Assembly: GCA_000091165.1 (NCBI GenBank)
Contig: FP565575.1
Coordinates: 900,001 to 932,000, forward strand
Direction: 5' to 3'
Length of the DNA: 32,000 nt
Origin: Candidatus Methylomirabilis oxygeniifera
GTDB lineage: Bacteria; Methylomirabilota; Methylomirabilia; Methylomirabilales; Methylomirabilaceae
Part shown: piece by piece, positions 20,343 through 30,164 of the stretch
Position numbering within the stretch: position 1 is the first letter of the stretch
Layout of the letters: each line of letters starts with the position of its first letter
Program-made: the position numbers and the translations under genes
The notes under the pieces: model-generated
Seen by the model: only the letters and a program-made list of their open reading frames with translations
Told to the model about the DNA's origin: nothing
Databases searched by the model: none

Positions 20343-21135
20343 TGAGAAGATGTCGTTTGTCTCCCATCTCGAGGAGCTTCGAAGGCGAATTATTATTTGT
20401 CTGGTGGCGATCGGGGCAGGTTTTCTTGTTACCTTCAACTATTCGGAAATCATCCTTCGTTTACTGAAACGGCCGCTGACGACCGATCTGGCTTTCTCCC
20501 GGACCTACCCATTCCTGCGATCGCTCCCACGCCCCGGCCCTCCCATCGACCTGATCTTCCTGGCGCCTGCCGAGGCCTTCTGGATGCATATGAAGATCGC
20601 CCTGTTTGCCGGCCTCTTGTTGACCCTGCCGATTGTTCTCTACCAGATCTGGAAGTTCATCGCGCCCGGTCTCCTCTCTCACGAGAAGCGTTATGCGCTC
20701 CCCTTTGTGGTGTTCTCGACCATCTTTTTTATTGGCGGCTTACTATTCTGCTTTTACTTTGTTCTTCCGTTTTCCCTGAACTTTCTGCTGACATACAAGA
20801 CCGAAAACCTCAAGCCGATGATCTCCATCGGTAACTACATAGATTTCACCGCAAAGTTCTTATTAGGTTTCGGAGTGGTCTTTGAGCTTCCGCTGGCGAT
20901 CGCGATCTCGACTAAGATGGGGCTGGTGACGCCCCAGTTTCTCTCCAGGAACCGGAAATACGCCATCCTTATTAGCTTCACGATTGCAGCCATCCTCACC
21001 CCCACACCGGATGTCTTCAACCAGACATTGATGGCGTTGCCGATGTACCTGCTCTATGAGGTCGGGGTTCTGGCTGCCCGCATTCTGATCCGAAAACCGG
21101 CAGTTGCCTCGCAGGAGGCGACGGAAGGAGTCTAA
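20335..21135 (+). CDS. tatC: Twin-arginine translocase subunit TatC
   Basis: [41 protein letters not shown]; 8-nt overlap with tatA. Confidence 0.96.
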   Translation: MSDEKMSFVSHLEELRRRIIICLVAIGAGFLVTFNYSEIILRLLKRPLTTDLAFSRTYPFLRSLPRPGPPIDLIFLAPAEAFWMHMKIALFAGLLLTLPIVLYQIWKFIAPGLLSHEKRYALPFVVFSTIFFIGGLLFCFYFVLPFSLNFLLTYKTENLKPMISIGNYIDFTAKFLLGFGVVFELPLAIAISTKMGLVTPQFLSRNRKYAILISFTIAAILTPTPDVFNQTLMALPMYLLYEVGVLAARILIRKPAVASQEATEGV

Positions 21136-21172
21136 GGCGTTCGAGGGTTCAGGTTGGACGAGCGGCTCGGAC

Positions 21173-22528
21173 TTACGAATGCTTGAGAGCAATCGTCTCG
21201 ACGACGTTCGCGACATCCTCACATCGGTCGGTCACGCCTTCGAGCGATTCATAGATCTCTTTCCATTTGGTTAGTTCGAGAACCGGAAGATCACTCTCAA
21301 ACAAGCGGGCAATCACTCGGCGAAAGAGGTCGTCAGCGGTATTTTCTAACCGATTGATCTCCACGCAGATCTCTTGCACGGTGTCGAGCCGCGGCAGTTG
21401 GCTGACGGCCTTCTCGACCTGTTCAGCCGATGCCATAATGATGGCGACCATCTCACGGGATTCCGGTGTGGGCTGTTCGATTTTGTAGAGGACCATCCTG
21501 GAGGCTGTGGCTTCGATGAAGTCCACAACATCGTCGATGGCCGACGCCAGCGCATGGAGGTTCTCACGGTCGAAGAACGGGATGAAGGTCTGATTCAACC
21601 GTTTCATGATGCGGTGGGTGATCGCATCTCCCTGGTGTTCAGCCTCTCTGATCTTCCGCCACTTCTCGACGGGATCGGTATAGTTGTCGAACATGGTCTG
21701 CAGGGACTTGGCAGCTTCGAGGAGATTGTGCGCGGCGGATTCGATCAGACTAAGAAACTCGCGCTCCTCAGGCATCAGCCGGTGGTCTGCAACCGCTTTC
21801 CGATCAACTCCCGGAATCTCCGGTAAGACGCTTGCCGGACGTCTCAAGCCTTTTCGTATCTCTTTGTCTCCGCGTTCCCGGACATCCTCACCCCGAACGA
21901 TGTAGACGACATCCTCGGCAATATTCGTCGCATGATCGGCGATCCGCTCCAGGTAGCGCGAGACGAGGATCAGATCCAGGGCCCTTGGGATGATGGCCGG
22001 ATCGGTCATCATGTAGGTGAGGAGCTCCCGGAAGATCTGATCCCGCAACGAATCGACGGAATCGTCCGACTCAATGACGATCCTGGCCAACTCCGGATCT
22101 CGTGCGACAAAGGCGTCCAGGCTTTTCTTCACCATCTCCTGACAGAGCAGGGCGATCCGCGGAATATCGATAAGCGGTTTCAAAGGAGGCTGCGTGATGA
22201 GCACAGAAGCCGCTTGGGCAATGTTGACCGCCAGGTCGCCGATCCGCTCGATGTCGCTATTGATCTTGATAGCAACCGCAATAAAGCGGAGGTCGCCGGC
22301 CATCGGCTGTTGCAGGGCCAGGAGGGTAAAACAACGCTGATCGGTTTCGATGCACCGCTGATCCATCTCCTCCTCGTGGGTGAACACCTCCTGCACCAGC
22401 GTGTCGTTCCTTTCGACTAGCCCTTTGACGCTCTTCACGATCATCGCCTCGGCCAGACTTCCCATCGCTAACAGGTGTGCTCTCAGTTCCTGAAGTTGCT
22501 CGTCGAAGTGCCGTTGTATGGTTTTCAT
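21173..22528 (-). CDS. phoU: PhoU fused to a C-terminal DUF47 domain
   Basis: 451 aa; residues about 1-220 are classical PhoU ([21 protein letters not shown]...[26 protein letters not shown]...[24 protein letters not shown]); about 245-451 are DUF47 ([25 protein letters not shown]...[45 protein letters not shown]). Confidence 0.93.
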   Translation of the reverse strand: MKTIQRHFDEQLQELRAHLLAMGSLAEAMIVKSVKGLVERNDTLVQEVFTHEEEMDQRCIETDQRCFTLLALQQPMAGDLRFIAVAIKINSDIERIGDLAVNIAQAASVLITQPPLKPLIDIPRIALLCQEMVKKSLDAFVARDPELARIVIESDDSVDSLRDQIFRELLTYMMTDPAIIPRALDLILVSRYLERIADHATNIAEDVVYIVRGEDVRERGDKEIRKGLRRPASVLPEIPGVDRKAVADHRLMPEEREFLSLIESAAHNLLEAAKSLQTMFDNYTDPVEKWRKIREAEHQGDAITHRIMKRLNQTFIPFFDRENLHALASAIDDVVDFIEATASRMVLYKIEQPTPESREMVAIIMASAEQVEKAVSQLPRLDTVQEICVEINRLENTADDLFRRVIARLFESDLPVLELTKWKEIYESLEGVTDRCEDVANVVETIALKHS

Positions 22529-22536
22529 GTGTCGTC

Positions 22537-23301
22537 CTAGCCGAATCGGCCCGTAATGTAGTCCTCCGTCTGTTGCCTGGAGGGTTTGACGAAGAGTTGC
22601 CTGGTCAGATCGTACTCAATCAACTGGCCGAGGTAGAGGAAGGCGGTGTAATCGGAGACCCGGGCCGCCTGCTGCATATTATGGGTGACGATCACGATCG
22701 TATACTGTTGCTTCAGGTCGGCCATCAGTTCCTCGATCTTGGCCGTGGCGATCGGGTCAAGCGCAGAGCAGGGCTCGTCCATAAGCAGGACCTCCGGTTC
22801 GACAGCAATAGCCCTGGCGATGCACAGCCGCTGCTGTTGCCCCCCTGACAGGCTGAGCGCGCTGCTGTGCAGGCGATCCTGGACCTCGTTCCAGAGGGCG
22901 GCCGCCTGCAGACTCTTTTCCACGATCTCGGCCAACGTCGACTGTCCGCGGATACCGAGGATCCGTGGCCCATAGGCGACGTTATCATAAATCGTCTTCG
23001 GGAAGGGGTTCGATTTCTGGAACACCATGCCGACCCGCTTGCGGAGCTCCGTGATTTCTAGGGCCGGGTCGTGGATGTCGAGCCCGCCGATCCGGATGGT
23101 CCCGCTGACTGTCACCCCATCGATGAGGTCGTTCATGCGATTGAGACATCGTAGGAGCGTCGTCTTGCCGCACCCCGACGGTCCGATAAAGGCCGTGACC
23201 TGATGTTTGGGGATATCGAGGCTGATATCCTGGAGGGCGAGCTTCTCCCCGTACTTGAGAGTCAACTTTCTGATTTCAATCATCGGTTCCGTTGTTATCA
23301 T
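22537..23301 (-). CDS. pstB: Phosphate ABC transporter ATP-binding protein
   Basis: [59 protein letters not shown]. Confidence 0.97.
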   Translation of the reverse strand: MITTEPMIEIRKLTLKYGEKLALQDISLDIPKHQVTAFIGPSGCGKTTLLRCLNRMNDLIDGVTVSGTIRIGGLDIHDPALEITELRKRVGMVFQKSNPFPKTIYDNVAYGPRILGIRGQSTLAEIVEKSLQAAALWNEVQDRLHSSALSLSGGQQQRLCIARAIAVEPEVLLMDEPCSALDPIATAKIEELMADLKQQYTIVIVTHNMQQAARVSDYTAFLYLGQLIEYDLTRQLFVKPSRQQTEDYITGRFG

Positions 23302-23347
23302 CGGTGTTCACGGTCCAGTTAAAATCTCATGGCCCTTCACCGTGATT

Positions 23348-23412
23348 GTCATTCCGGGCGTGACCCGGGATCCAGTCTGTCTGCACTGGATTCCCACTTT
23401 CGCGGGAATGAC
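23348..23412. repeat. Foldback intergenic repeat (second family) between pstA and pstB
   Basis: GTCATTCC (23348-23355) / GGAATGAC (23405-23412) with internal GGGATCCAG / CTGGATTCCC. Confidence 0.8.
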
Positions 23413-23467
23413 GACACCAGGGCCACCTGCTCACTGCCTTTTGTATCATAGAGCATTTTCTCATTCT

Positions 23468-25087
23468 CTAAAACGCTGAAGATGCGTATTTCTTTCGCAA
23501 ACGGTTCCTGATCAGGATCGTTGCCAGGTTCAAGACCAGGACGACCAGGAGCAGGAGGAGCGCGGTGGTGTAGACCATCGGCCGGGCGGCGTCCACATTA
23601 GGCGATTGAAACCCGACGTCGTAGATATGGAAGCCCAGGTGCATGAATTTCCGATCCAGATGGAGGAACGGCCAGGCGCTATCGATCGGAAGGGACGGGG
23701 CGAGCTTGACCACTCCGGTGATCATGAGCGGTGCGACCTCCCCGATCGCACGGGCCATGGCCAGGATGAGTCCCGTAAGGATTGACGGCATAACCGTCGG
23801 CAGGACGACCCGCCAGGTCGTCTCGAACTTCGTAGCGCCCAGGGCCAGCGAGGCCTCACGCATCCCGGGCGGGATCGCTGCCAGTCCTTCCTCTGTGGCC
23901 ACAATGACGACCGGGACCGTCATAAGGGCAAGGGTCAACGAGGCCCACAAGATTCCCCCTGTTCCGAAGGTCGGGGTTGGGAGCGCTTCGGGATAGAAGA
24001 GCCGGTCGATGCTCCCCCCGACAAGGTAGATGAAAAAGCCGAGACCAAAGACCCCAAAGACGATAGACGGGACGCCGGCCAGATTATTGACGGCGATCCT
24101 GACCGTACTGACTAATACCCCCTGCTTCGCGTACTCCCGAAGGTAGAATGCGGCCAGTACACCCAGCGGTGCGACAAGGAGGCTCATGATCATCACCATC
24201 ATCACCGTACCGAATATGGCAGGGAAGACGCCACCCTCGGTGTTCGACTCCCTCGGATCGCCGGAGATGAACTCCCAGAGCCTGGACAGATAGACGCCGC
24301 TCTTGGACCACACCCCCATCGAGTTCGGGCGGACGATTCGGACGATCTGCTGAAGCGGTAGCTCCGTGTCCTGACCGCCCATGACCGAGACGATGAGCGT
24401 CTGTCGGGAGGCCTGGCGCAACGTGGCGAGTCTCGCTTCCTGTTCGCGATACTTGGCCGCCCAACCCTCCATCTCCTGGTCGAGCCGTGCTGTTTGTGAA
24501 CCTGCCTCTTGCCCTGAGAGTTGAAGCTTCTTGAGCGTGAGGCGGATCTTCTCCTGAGCAGCGTTGATCGCCCCGATCTCCTTTTTTTCGATACGCCTGA
24601 TCTCCTGAAACGTCGAGGTTGCGCCAGGGAGAAGGCCCTGAAGCGTAGTCCATGCCGCCTCAGGTCCGGAAGCTACGGCCCGCTCATCATCTCGAACCTC
24701 TTTGAGAAAGCCGTATAGGTTGCCCCACTCCCGTCGTTCGATGAGGACAGCCTGCGCAGGGACGTCGCGGCGAGCGATCGTAGCCTCCTCGACCCAGACA
24801 AAGTCGGCGCCGTACAGGTCTCGATTACCGACCTTGATCTGAATCCGGTGGCGCGCGGCGGTTCCTGGGGGTGCGTCCGGTTGCGGGATCGCCTCCCGTC
24901 GCGTCACCTGGCCTAATAGCTCCTTGCCGTCTGACAGCGTCAGACGCACAATCGGCGACGGCCAAAAGAAGCCCAGCCCGTTGAGCAGCACCAGGAGGAC
25001 GAGTCCGGCCACCAGGAGAAGGTTGAGGGCTAATGCCCCTCCCGTGAGCCAGATGAATGGATCGCCGCTCTTCCAGAATCGCGTCAT
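23468..25087 (-). CDS. pstA: Phosphate ABC transporter permease PstA with large N-terminal insertion
   Basis: 539 aa; C-terminal permease core FGTVMMVMIMSLLVAPLGVLAAFYLREYA...NNLAGVPSIVFGVFGLGFF...REASLALGATKFETTWRVVLP; about 270 extra residues after the first TM. Confidence 0.93.
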   Translation of the reverse strand: MTRFWKSGDPFIWLTGGALALNLLLVAGLVLLVLLNGLGFFWPSPIVRLTLSDGKELLGQVTRREAIPQPDAPPGTAARHRIQIKVGNRDLYGADFVWVEEATIARRDVPAQAVLIERREWGNLYGFLKEVRDDERAVASGPEAAWTTLQGLLPGATSTFQEIRRIEKKEIGAINAAQEKIRLTLKKLQLSGQEAGSQTARLDQEMEGWAAKYREQEARLATLRQASRQTLIVSVMGGQDTELPLQQIVRIVRPNSMGVWSKSGVYLSRLWEFISGDPRESNTEGGVFPAIFGTVMMVMIMSLLVAPLGVLAAFYLREYAKQGVLVSTVRIAVNNLAGVPSIVFGVFGLGFFIYLVGGSIDRLFYPEALPTPTFGTGGILWASLTLALMTVPVVIVATEEGLAAIPPGMREASLALGATKFETTWRVVLPTVMPSILTGLILAMARAIGEVAPLMITGVVKLAPSLPIDSAWPFLHLDRKFMHLGFHIYDVGFQSPNVDAARPMVYTTALLLLLVVLVLNLATILIRNRLRKKYASSAF

Positions 25088-27354
25088 AGGGAGCGATACC
25101 TCTGCCGGAGCTTCAGGCGGACCAATTCGGCCAGGGTGTTCACGATGAATGTCATCACGAAGAGTAGGAGGGCTGCCAGGAAGAGGATCCGGAAGAGCGT
25201 CCCGCCATCAGGCGCCTCAGGGAGCTCCACGGCGATGTTGGCCGAGAGAGCCCGAAAGCCGTTGAAGATACTCCAGTCCATCACCGGCGTATTCCCCGTG
25301 GCCATCAGGACGATCATCGTCTCGCCCACCGCCCTTCCGAAGCCGATCATAATAGCGGAGAAGATCCCAGGGCTCGCCGTCGGCAGGACGACCCTCAGTG
25401 CGGTCTGCCACCGGGTGGCGCCAAGCGCGAGCGAACCGGCCACAAGGTGTTGAGGCACGCTGGAGAGCGAATCCTCGGCAATGGTAAAGATAATCGGGAT
25501 GACAGCGAAGCCCATGGCGATGCCTACTACCAGGGAGTTTCGTTGATCATAGGTGAGCCCAAGAACACTCAAGAGCCAGCCTCGATAGTCGCCCGACAGC
25601 AACAGGCGCTCGATTGTTCCACCGAGCTGAAAGGAGATCCAGCCTCCGAGGATGACGATCGGGATGAGCAGGGCGACCTCGGTGCCCGCCTTGATCCGGC
25701 TGCGGACGCTAATGGGAACGAATCGCCAGCAGAAGACTGCGATCAGAATGAGGAGTGTGGTTATGATCGGCATGAGGAAGAGGCCGGGAACGACCTTTTC
25801 GACAAAGGGCGCAAGCCAAAGGCCTGCCAGGAATCCCAGGACGACGCTCGGAAGCGCAGCCATAATCTCTACGGTTGGCTTCACGATCCCCTTGAGCGTC
25901 GGGTGCATGAACTGGGAGGCGTACAGGGCGCCCAGGAGCGCCAGCGGGATCGCGAAGAGCAGAGCGTAGAATGTCCCTTTGACCGTTCCAAAGATGAGCG
26001 GGGTGAGGCTGAACTTTGCCTCAAAGTCGTCGGTCCCTCCGGTGGACTGCCAGACATAAGTCGGCGCGGGGTACCCCTCGTACCAGAGCTTGCCGAATAG
26101 GCTCCCCCAACTGATCTCCGGGTGGGGGTTCTCTACGGTCCAATGTGAGAGGCCCCCCTTCGCATTCACTGTCATGACGCCGTCGACTTTAGGGGCGAAG
26201 GTGACCGCGCTCAGTCCCTCTTCTCCGGCCGTCAGGGTCAGTAAGGTCTTCCCCGTGGTGCCATAGTGGATGTGGATGATACCGGAGGCGTCCGCCGTCA
26301 CAAACCCCTTATCGCGACGGGACGGGGCGAAGGCGACGACGGGCCCCGTGTGGGCCAGAAAGTCATGGACCTTCGCCAGGCGCTGCCCTTCACCATCCGC
26401 TTGCACGAGTTGCCACGAGCCGACGCCGCCCATCGCATCACCCACGATCAGCGTGCGGTCTCCGATCAGGAATCCCACCATACTTACGCCGATTCCGGGT
26501 CGGGTTGTGGCAGCGGCAATGTCGGCAACCTTCGGATCGTTCGGGTCTCGAAGGTCTACCCTGATGATTTGGCCGGACGATGTTCCGACGAACAGATCCT
26601 CGCCGCGACCATCAAGGGCAAGCGAAGTGATCTCCCCCTCGATCGGTAGAGTGAGGCGTTGGCGCGACTCTTCCTTCGTGGTTGGACCGATCAGGGCCTT
26701 CGTCTCTTTGACGGTGACGAGAATGAGAGTCTTTTGACCGATAGCAGCCGCTGTCATAGGCCCGTTGGGGGTAGAGGCGTAGGCGAGCCGCGTCAGTGGA
26801 TGTTGCTCCGGATCAACTGCAATTGGATCGACAGTCGTCAACTCGGCTTCGACACGGCGCTTTCCATCCGGGAAGGTGACCGAGAACCCGACCTCTACGG
26901 GGATCGCGCGCCCATCCGAGAGTCCCAACAAGAGCGGGCCTCGTCCCAAGCCCGATGTCCCGACGACCGTGGCGCCGTGCAGTCCCTGCAGCGGATTAGA
27001 TGGCAGCGACGTTCCGTCCCTGACGGACACGAATTGTACGCCGGAGGCTGTGACCACGTAGCCGATCTCACGGTATTCATCCACCCCGACCGCGAGCGGG
27101 GCCGAATCGAGGCTCGTGGTGAGCTCTCCAGGCAGCACCGCTGTGGGCTTCCTGAAGAGGGGGTAGACCCCGGCGGCAATGACGAACAGGATGGCCAGAA
27201 TGGAGACGATGATCGCTGCCCCCCCGAGCGTCACGATCCAACGGGCGACGCGATCCAGCAGGAGACGCCGCGTGATCTTACGGCGCGGGACGAGAACCGG
27301 GCGAGCCGCTTGTAGCGGCTCGCCCGGTGCAACAACCTTTGTACTGTCTTCCAT
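25084..27354 (-). CDS. pstC: Phosphate ABC transporter permease PstC with large N-terminal beta-propeller-like domain
   Basis: 756 aa; C-terminal core LKGIVKPTVEIMAALPSVVLGFLAGLWLAP...VVGIAMGFAVIPIIFTIAEDSLSSVPQHLVAGSLALGATRWQTALRVVLPTA; N-terminal 400+ residues with repeated beta-rich, WD-like segments. 4-nt overlap with pstA. Confidence 0.92.
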   Translation of the reverse strand: MEDSTKVVAPGEPLQAARPVLVPRRKITRRLLLDRVARWIVTLGGAAIIVSILAILFVIAAGVYPLFRKPTAVLPGELTTSLDSAPLAVGVDEYREIGYVVTASGVQFVSVRDGTSLPSNPLQGLHGATVVGTSGLGRGPLLLGLSDGRAIPVEVGFSVTFPDGKRRVEAELTTVDPIAVDPEQHPLTRLAYASTPNGPMTAAAIGQKTLILVTVKETKALIGPTTKEESRQRLTLPIEGEITSLALDGRGEDLFVGTSSGQIIRVDLRDPNDPKVADIAAATTRPGIGVSMVGFLIGDRTLIVGDAMGGVGSWQLVQADGEGQRLAKVHDFLAHTGPVVAFAPSRRDKGFVTADASGIIHIHYGTTGKTLLTLTAGEEGLSAVTFAPKVDGVMTVNAKGGLSHWTVENPHPEISWGSLFGKLWYEGYPAPTYVWQSTGGTDDFEAKFSLTPLIFGTVKGTFYALLFAIPLALLGALYASQFMHPTLKGIVKPTVEIMAALPSVVLGFLAGLWLAPFVEKVVPGLFLMPIITTLLILIAVFCWRFVPISVRSRIKAGTEVALLIPIVILGGWISFQLGGTIERLLLSGDYRGWLLSVLGLTYDQRNSLVVGIAMGFAVIPIIFTIAEDSLSSVPQHLVAGSLALGATRWQTALRVVLPTASPGIFSAIMIGFGRAVGETMIVLMATGNTPVMDWSIFNGFRALSANIAVELPEAPDGGTLFRILFLAALLLFVMTFIVNTLAELVRLKLRQRYRSL

Positions 27355-27373
27355 GGATCGGTTCAGGAAGCCA

Positions 27374-28384
27374 TTAGAGCGCCTTGCTCAGCTCTTCCTT
27401 GGCGATGGAGTTGGGGATTGGAAAGTATCCATCCTTGATCACGGCCTGTTGTCCATCCTTTGAGAGTAAAAACCTGGCGAACTCACGGGTGAGAGGGTCA
27501 AGGTGCTTGTCCGGCGCCCTATTGACGTAGATGAACAGAAATCGTGACAGTGGGTACCTTCCGGAATAGGCGTTGTCTGCTGTGGCCTCAGCGCACGCGC
27601 CGCCTTCTTTTTCGCTCAGCGGAACAGCGCGGACGTCAGGCGTCGCGTAGCCGATGCCGCTATAGCCCATGGCGTAGCGATCAACAGCCACCCCCTGGAC
27701 GACAGAGGCCGAGCCGGGCTGTTCCTTCAACTCATCTTTATAGTCGCCGTTCTTCAGCGCATGCTCCTTGAAGAACCCGTACGTTCCGGAGGCCGAGTTT
27801 CGGCCAAATAGACTGATCGGGCGATTGGCCCAGTCGCCGGTCAAGCCGAGCTGCCCCCAGGTCTTGATGTCTTCCTTATGACCGTAGCGCCTGGACTTGG
27901 AAAAGATAGCGTCCACTTGCGCAATGGTCAGACACTTGATCGGGTTATCCTTATGCACAAAGACCGCCAGGGCGTCCACGGCACTGCGCAGCCCGGTGGG
28001 CTTATAGCCGAACTTCTTTTCAAAGGCATCGATCTCGGTCCCTTTCATGGGGCGAGACATGGGGCCGAGCTGGGCGGTGCCGGAGATCAGCGCCGGCGGA
28101 GCGGTGGATGAGCCTTTCCCCTCGATCTGGATCTTGACATTCGGGTAAAACTTATTGAACGTTTCGGCCCAGAACGTCATGAGATTGTTCAAGGTGTCCG
28201 ATCCGACACTCGACAGGTTACCCGAGACGCCGCTGACCGCTTTGTAGGTCGGGAGTGTTGGATCGACCTTGAGAACATCCGCCATGGCGAGCGCAGACCA
28301 GAGCAAGACCGCGCACACGATCTCCGCAAGCAACAGTAAAAACGTATAACCTTTTTTCTTTGTACCGTTCTTCTGTCTGAACAT
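27374..28384 (-). CDS. pstS: PstS-like phosphate ABC transporter substrate-binding protein
   Basis: 336 aa; signal peptide; [57 protein letters not shown]; [18 protein letters not shown]. Confidence 0.93.
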   Translation of the reverse strand: MFRQKNGTKKKGYTFLLLLAEIVCAVLLWSALAMADVLKVDPTLPTYKAVSGVSGNLSSVGSDTLNNLMTFWAETFNKFYPNVKIQIEGKGSSTAPPALISGTAQLGPMSRPMKGTEIDAFEKKFGYKPTGLRSAVDALAVFVHKDNPIKCLTIAQVDAIFSKSRRYGHKEDIKTWGQLGLTGDWANRPISLFGRNSASGTYGFFKEHALKNGDYKDELKEQPGSASVVQGVAVDRYAMGYSGIGYATPDVRAVPLSEKEGGACAEATADNAYSGRYPLSRFLFIYVNRAPDKHLDPLTREFARFLLSKDGQQAVIKDGYFPIPNSIAKEELSKAL

Positions 28385-28432
28385 CGTCAGCCTCCTTTGT
28401 CAAAAGACTATCACGCACGGTATAACGATCAC

Positions 28433-28461
28433 GTTACATCTATGTTACGGTTATGTTACAT
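28433..28461 (-). promoter_or_regulatory. Pho-box-like array upstream of pstS
   Basis: On the minus strand: ATGTAAC-ATAA-CCGTAAC-ATAG-ATGTAAC, three GTAAC units at exact 11-bp spacing, about 50 nt upstream of the pstS start. Confidence 0.75.
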
Positions 28462-28599
28462 ATTGATAAAGTGCATACCAGAGAGTCATGTGTGCGTTAC
28501 TTCCCGAAATCGGCCCATCGCCGTTCTGGCCGGAGGAGGGAGGCTCCCCATGTCAGGGACGGCGATGGGCCTCACGGGCGTGGAAGAATCGGGCTGATC

Positions 28600-29997
28600 C
28601 TAGAACCAGACCGCCAGTCGCGACAGAATCTCCCACGACTTCTCGTCGCCCTTGACGGCGGTCATCTTGTCGTTGTCATACCAGTTGTTGACATAGTTGA
28701 ACATCAGGCGGACGTTCGGGCTGAGGTACCAGTTGAAGCCGAGGGTCATTGCATCGACACCGTTCTCGCCAGGGCTGGCCAGTGGATCGTCGGAAATGAA
28801 GTCGAGCTGAGCAAATCGGGCCGTCAGTTCCAGTGCGCCAAAGCCACCAGTCCTGGGATCGAAATTCTTTTTGACTTTGGGTGCCTTCCCGTGAACCTTT
28901 TCCTCACCCGTGATGAGCCAGGTCCCGGCGACGTACCAACCACGGCCCTCGACATCGTCAAGGTCGCTCCCTCCAGCGCCGAGGCCGTCTCGCTCTTCTC
29001 TTGTCTTGACATACTCACCGTACAACCCAACGGGGCCATAGGCGTGGACCACCTCGAAGCCGTAACGAACGCGATCGCCTTGCGTCGTAACGCGTGGGAA
29101 GAACTCAAACCGGGCATCGGTACGGCCACGAAGACTTTCTCCCTTATCCTGATCGCCGTAGGTCATGTGGCCGGCGATATGGAGCTTTTGGAGTGCTGGA
29201 ATGTCGAGCATCTTGAATGGGCGAACCAACAGACGACCCGCGTAATCCTTGGCGTCATTCTTATCCGAACTGTTCGCTCCGGTGCCGTTGAAGATTCCGG
29301 CCGAATAGTCGAGCGAACCTCCAAGAAGAGATCCGTGGACCATGCCGCCGACGTCACGGGCTGGAACAAGATTGTTGACGACCGACCGCTCCACGAAGTC
29401 GATGAACCGGGAAGAGGTCAGCTCCTCGAAGCTGAAGGGAACCTTGTACTGGCCGCCTCGGACCCTGAACTCCGGCCAGTAGTTCAATTCGCCGTAGCCA
29501 TCAGTCAAGTTGAATGAGCTCCCCTCGCTGAATTCTCCCTCCACTTTAAAGTCCAAGTACTTGAAAAACGTCGCATCGATCCCGAGGCGAGCTCTGCGGA
29601 CCAGGAGATTTGTGATGAGGTCGCTGCGGGTGGGGGAGGCGTTGCTACGGTTGCTGTCCAGTTTCTTGGCATCCCCCTCGTAGGAGCGTACATCGAAATT
29701 GAGTCGCCCGTGCAATTCGACCTTGTGCTGCCCGTCGGCGGATTTGAGGTAGGGGGTCCAGTCCTTAAGCCCGGCCAGGAGTCTCTCGGCCCCTTCCTTT
29801 TTGGCCCGCGTCTTGAGTTCCTGGTACTTGTCCTCGGTAATGTGGCCTTTGTCTTTCAAGATGTCCAGTAATTCGTCCAGGACCGCCTTATCCTCTTTTG
29901 TTTGAGCTGCCACAGGCGCCGAAGCGAGCGGACCGAACGCCAGGGCAATGCTAACTGTTATTGCGAGGAAAAAGATCTTGCGTAGAAATCGTCCCAT
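28600..29997 (-). CDS. OprO/OprP-family phosphate-type porin
   Basis: Track ORF extends to 30141, but the signal peptide starts at ATG 29997 (MGRFLRKIFFLAITVSIALAFG). Mature protein KVELHGRLNFDVRSYEG, SDLITNLLVRRARLGIDATFFKYLDFKVEGEFSEG, FKVPFSFEELTSSRFIDFVERS; C-terminal F. Confidence 0.88.
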   Translation of the reverse strand: MGRFLRKIFFLAITVSIALAFGPLASAPVAAQTKEDKAVLDELLDILKDKGHITEDKYQELKTRAKKEGAERLLAGLKDWTPYLKSADGQHKVELHGRLNFDVRSYEGDAKKLDSNRSNASPTRSDLITNLLVRRARLGIDATFFKYLDFKVEGEFSEGSSFNLTDGYGELNYWPEFRVRGGQYKVPFSFEELTSSRFIDFVERSVVNNLVPARDVGGMVHGSLLGGSLDYSAGIFNGTGANSSDKNDAKDYAGRLLVRPFKMLDIPALQKLHIAGHMTYGDQDKGESLRGRTDARFEFFPRVTTQGDRVRYGFEVVHAYGPVGLYGEYVKTREERDGLGAGGSDLDDVEGRGWYVAGTWLITGEEKVHGKAPKVKKNFDPRTGGFGALELTARFAQLDFISDDPLASPGENGVDAMTLGFNWYLSPNVRLMFNYVNNWYDNDKMTAVKGDEKSWEILSRLAVWF

Positions 29998-30164
29998 GCC
30001 TTGTCTCCTTGTGTGATTGTGATAAAGCCGGTTAACGCGGACTTCCTCGTTGCGGTGTAAGACCGTGGGTGGTAACGCCGACTGAGTATTGACATGTGGC
30101 GCCTGTCCTCCTGGTGCAGGATGTCGCAGATACTTGCACATGGTCCCAGCTCCTGTCGGTTGAT

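Noticed and set aside
25447-29517. Plus-strand ORFs 25447..26100, 26659..27315 and 28453..29517 (354 aa)
   Set aside because: Antisense to pstC and the OprP-like porin; the minus-strand proteins are clearly real, so these are not supported.
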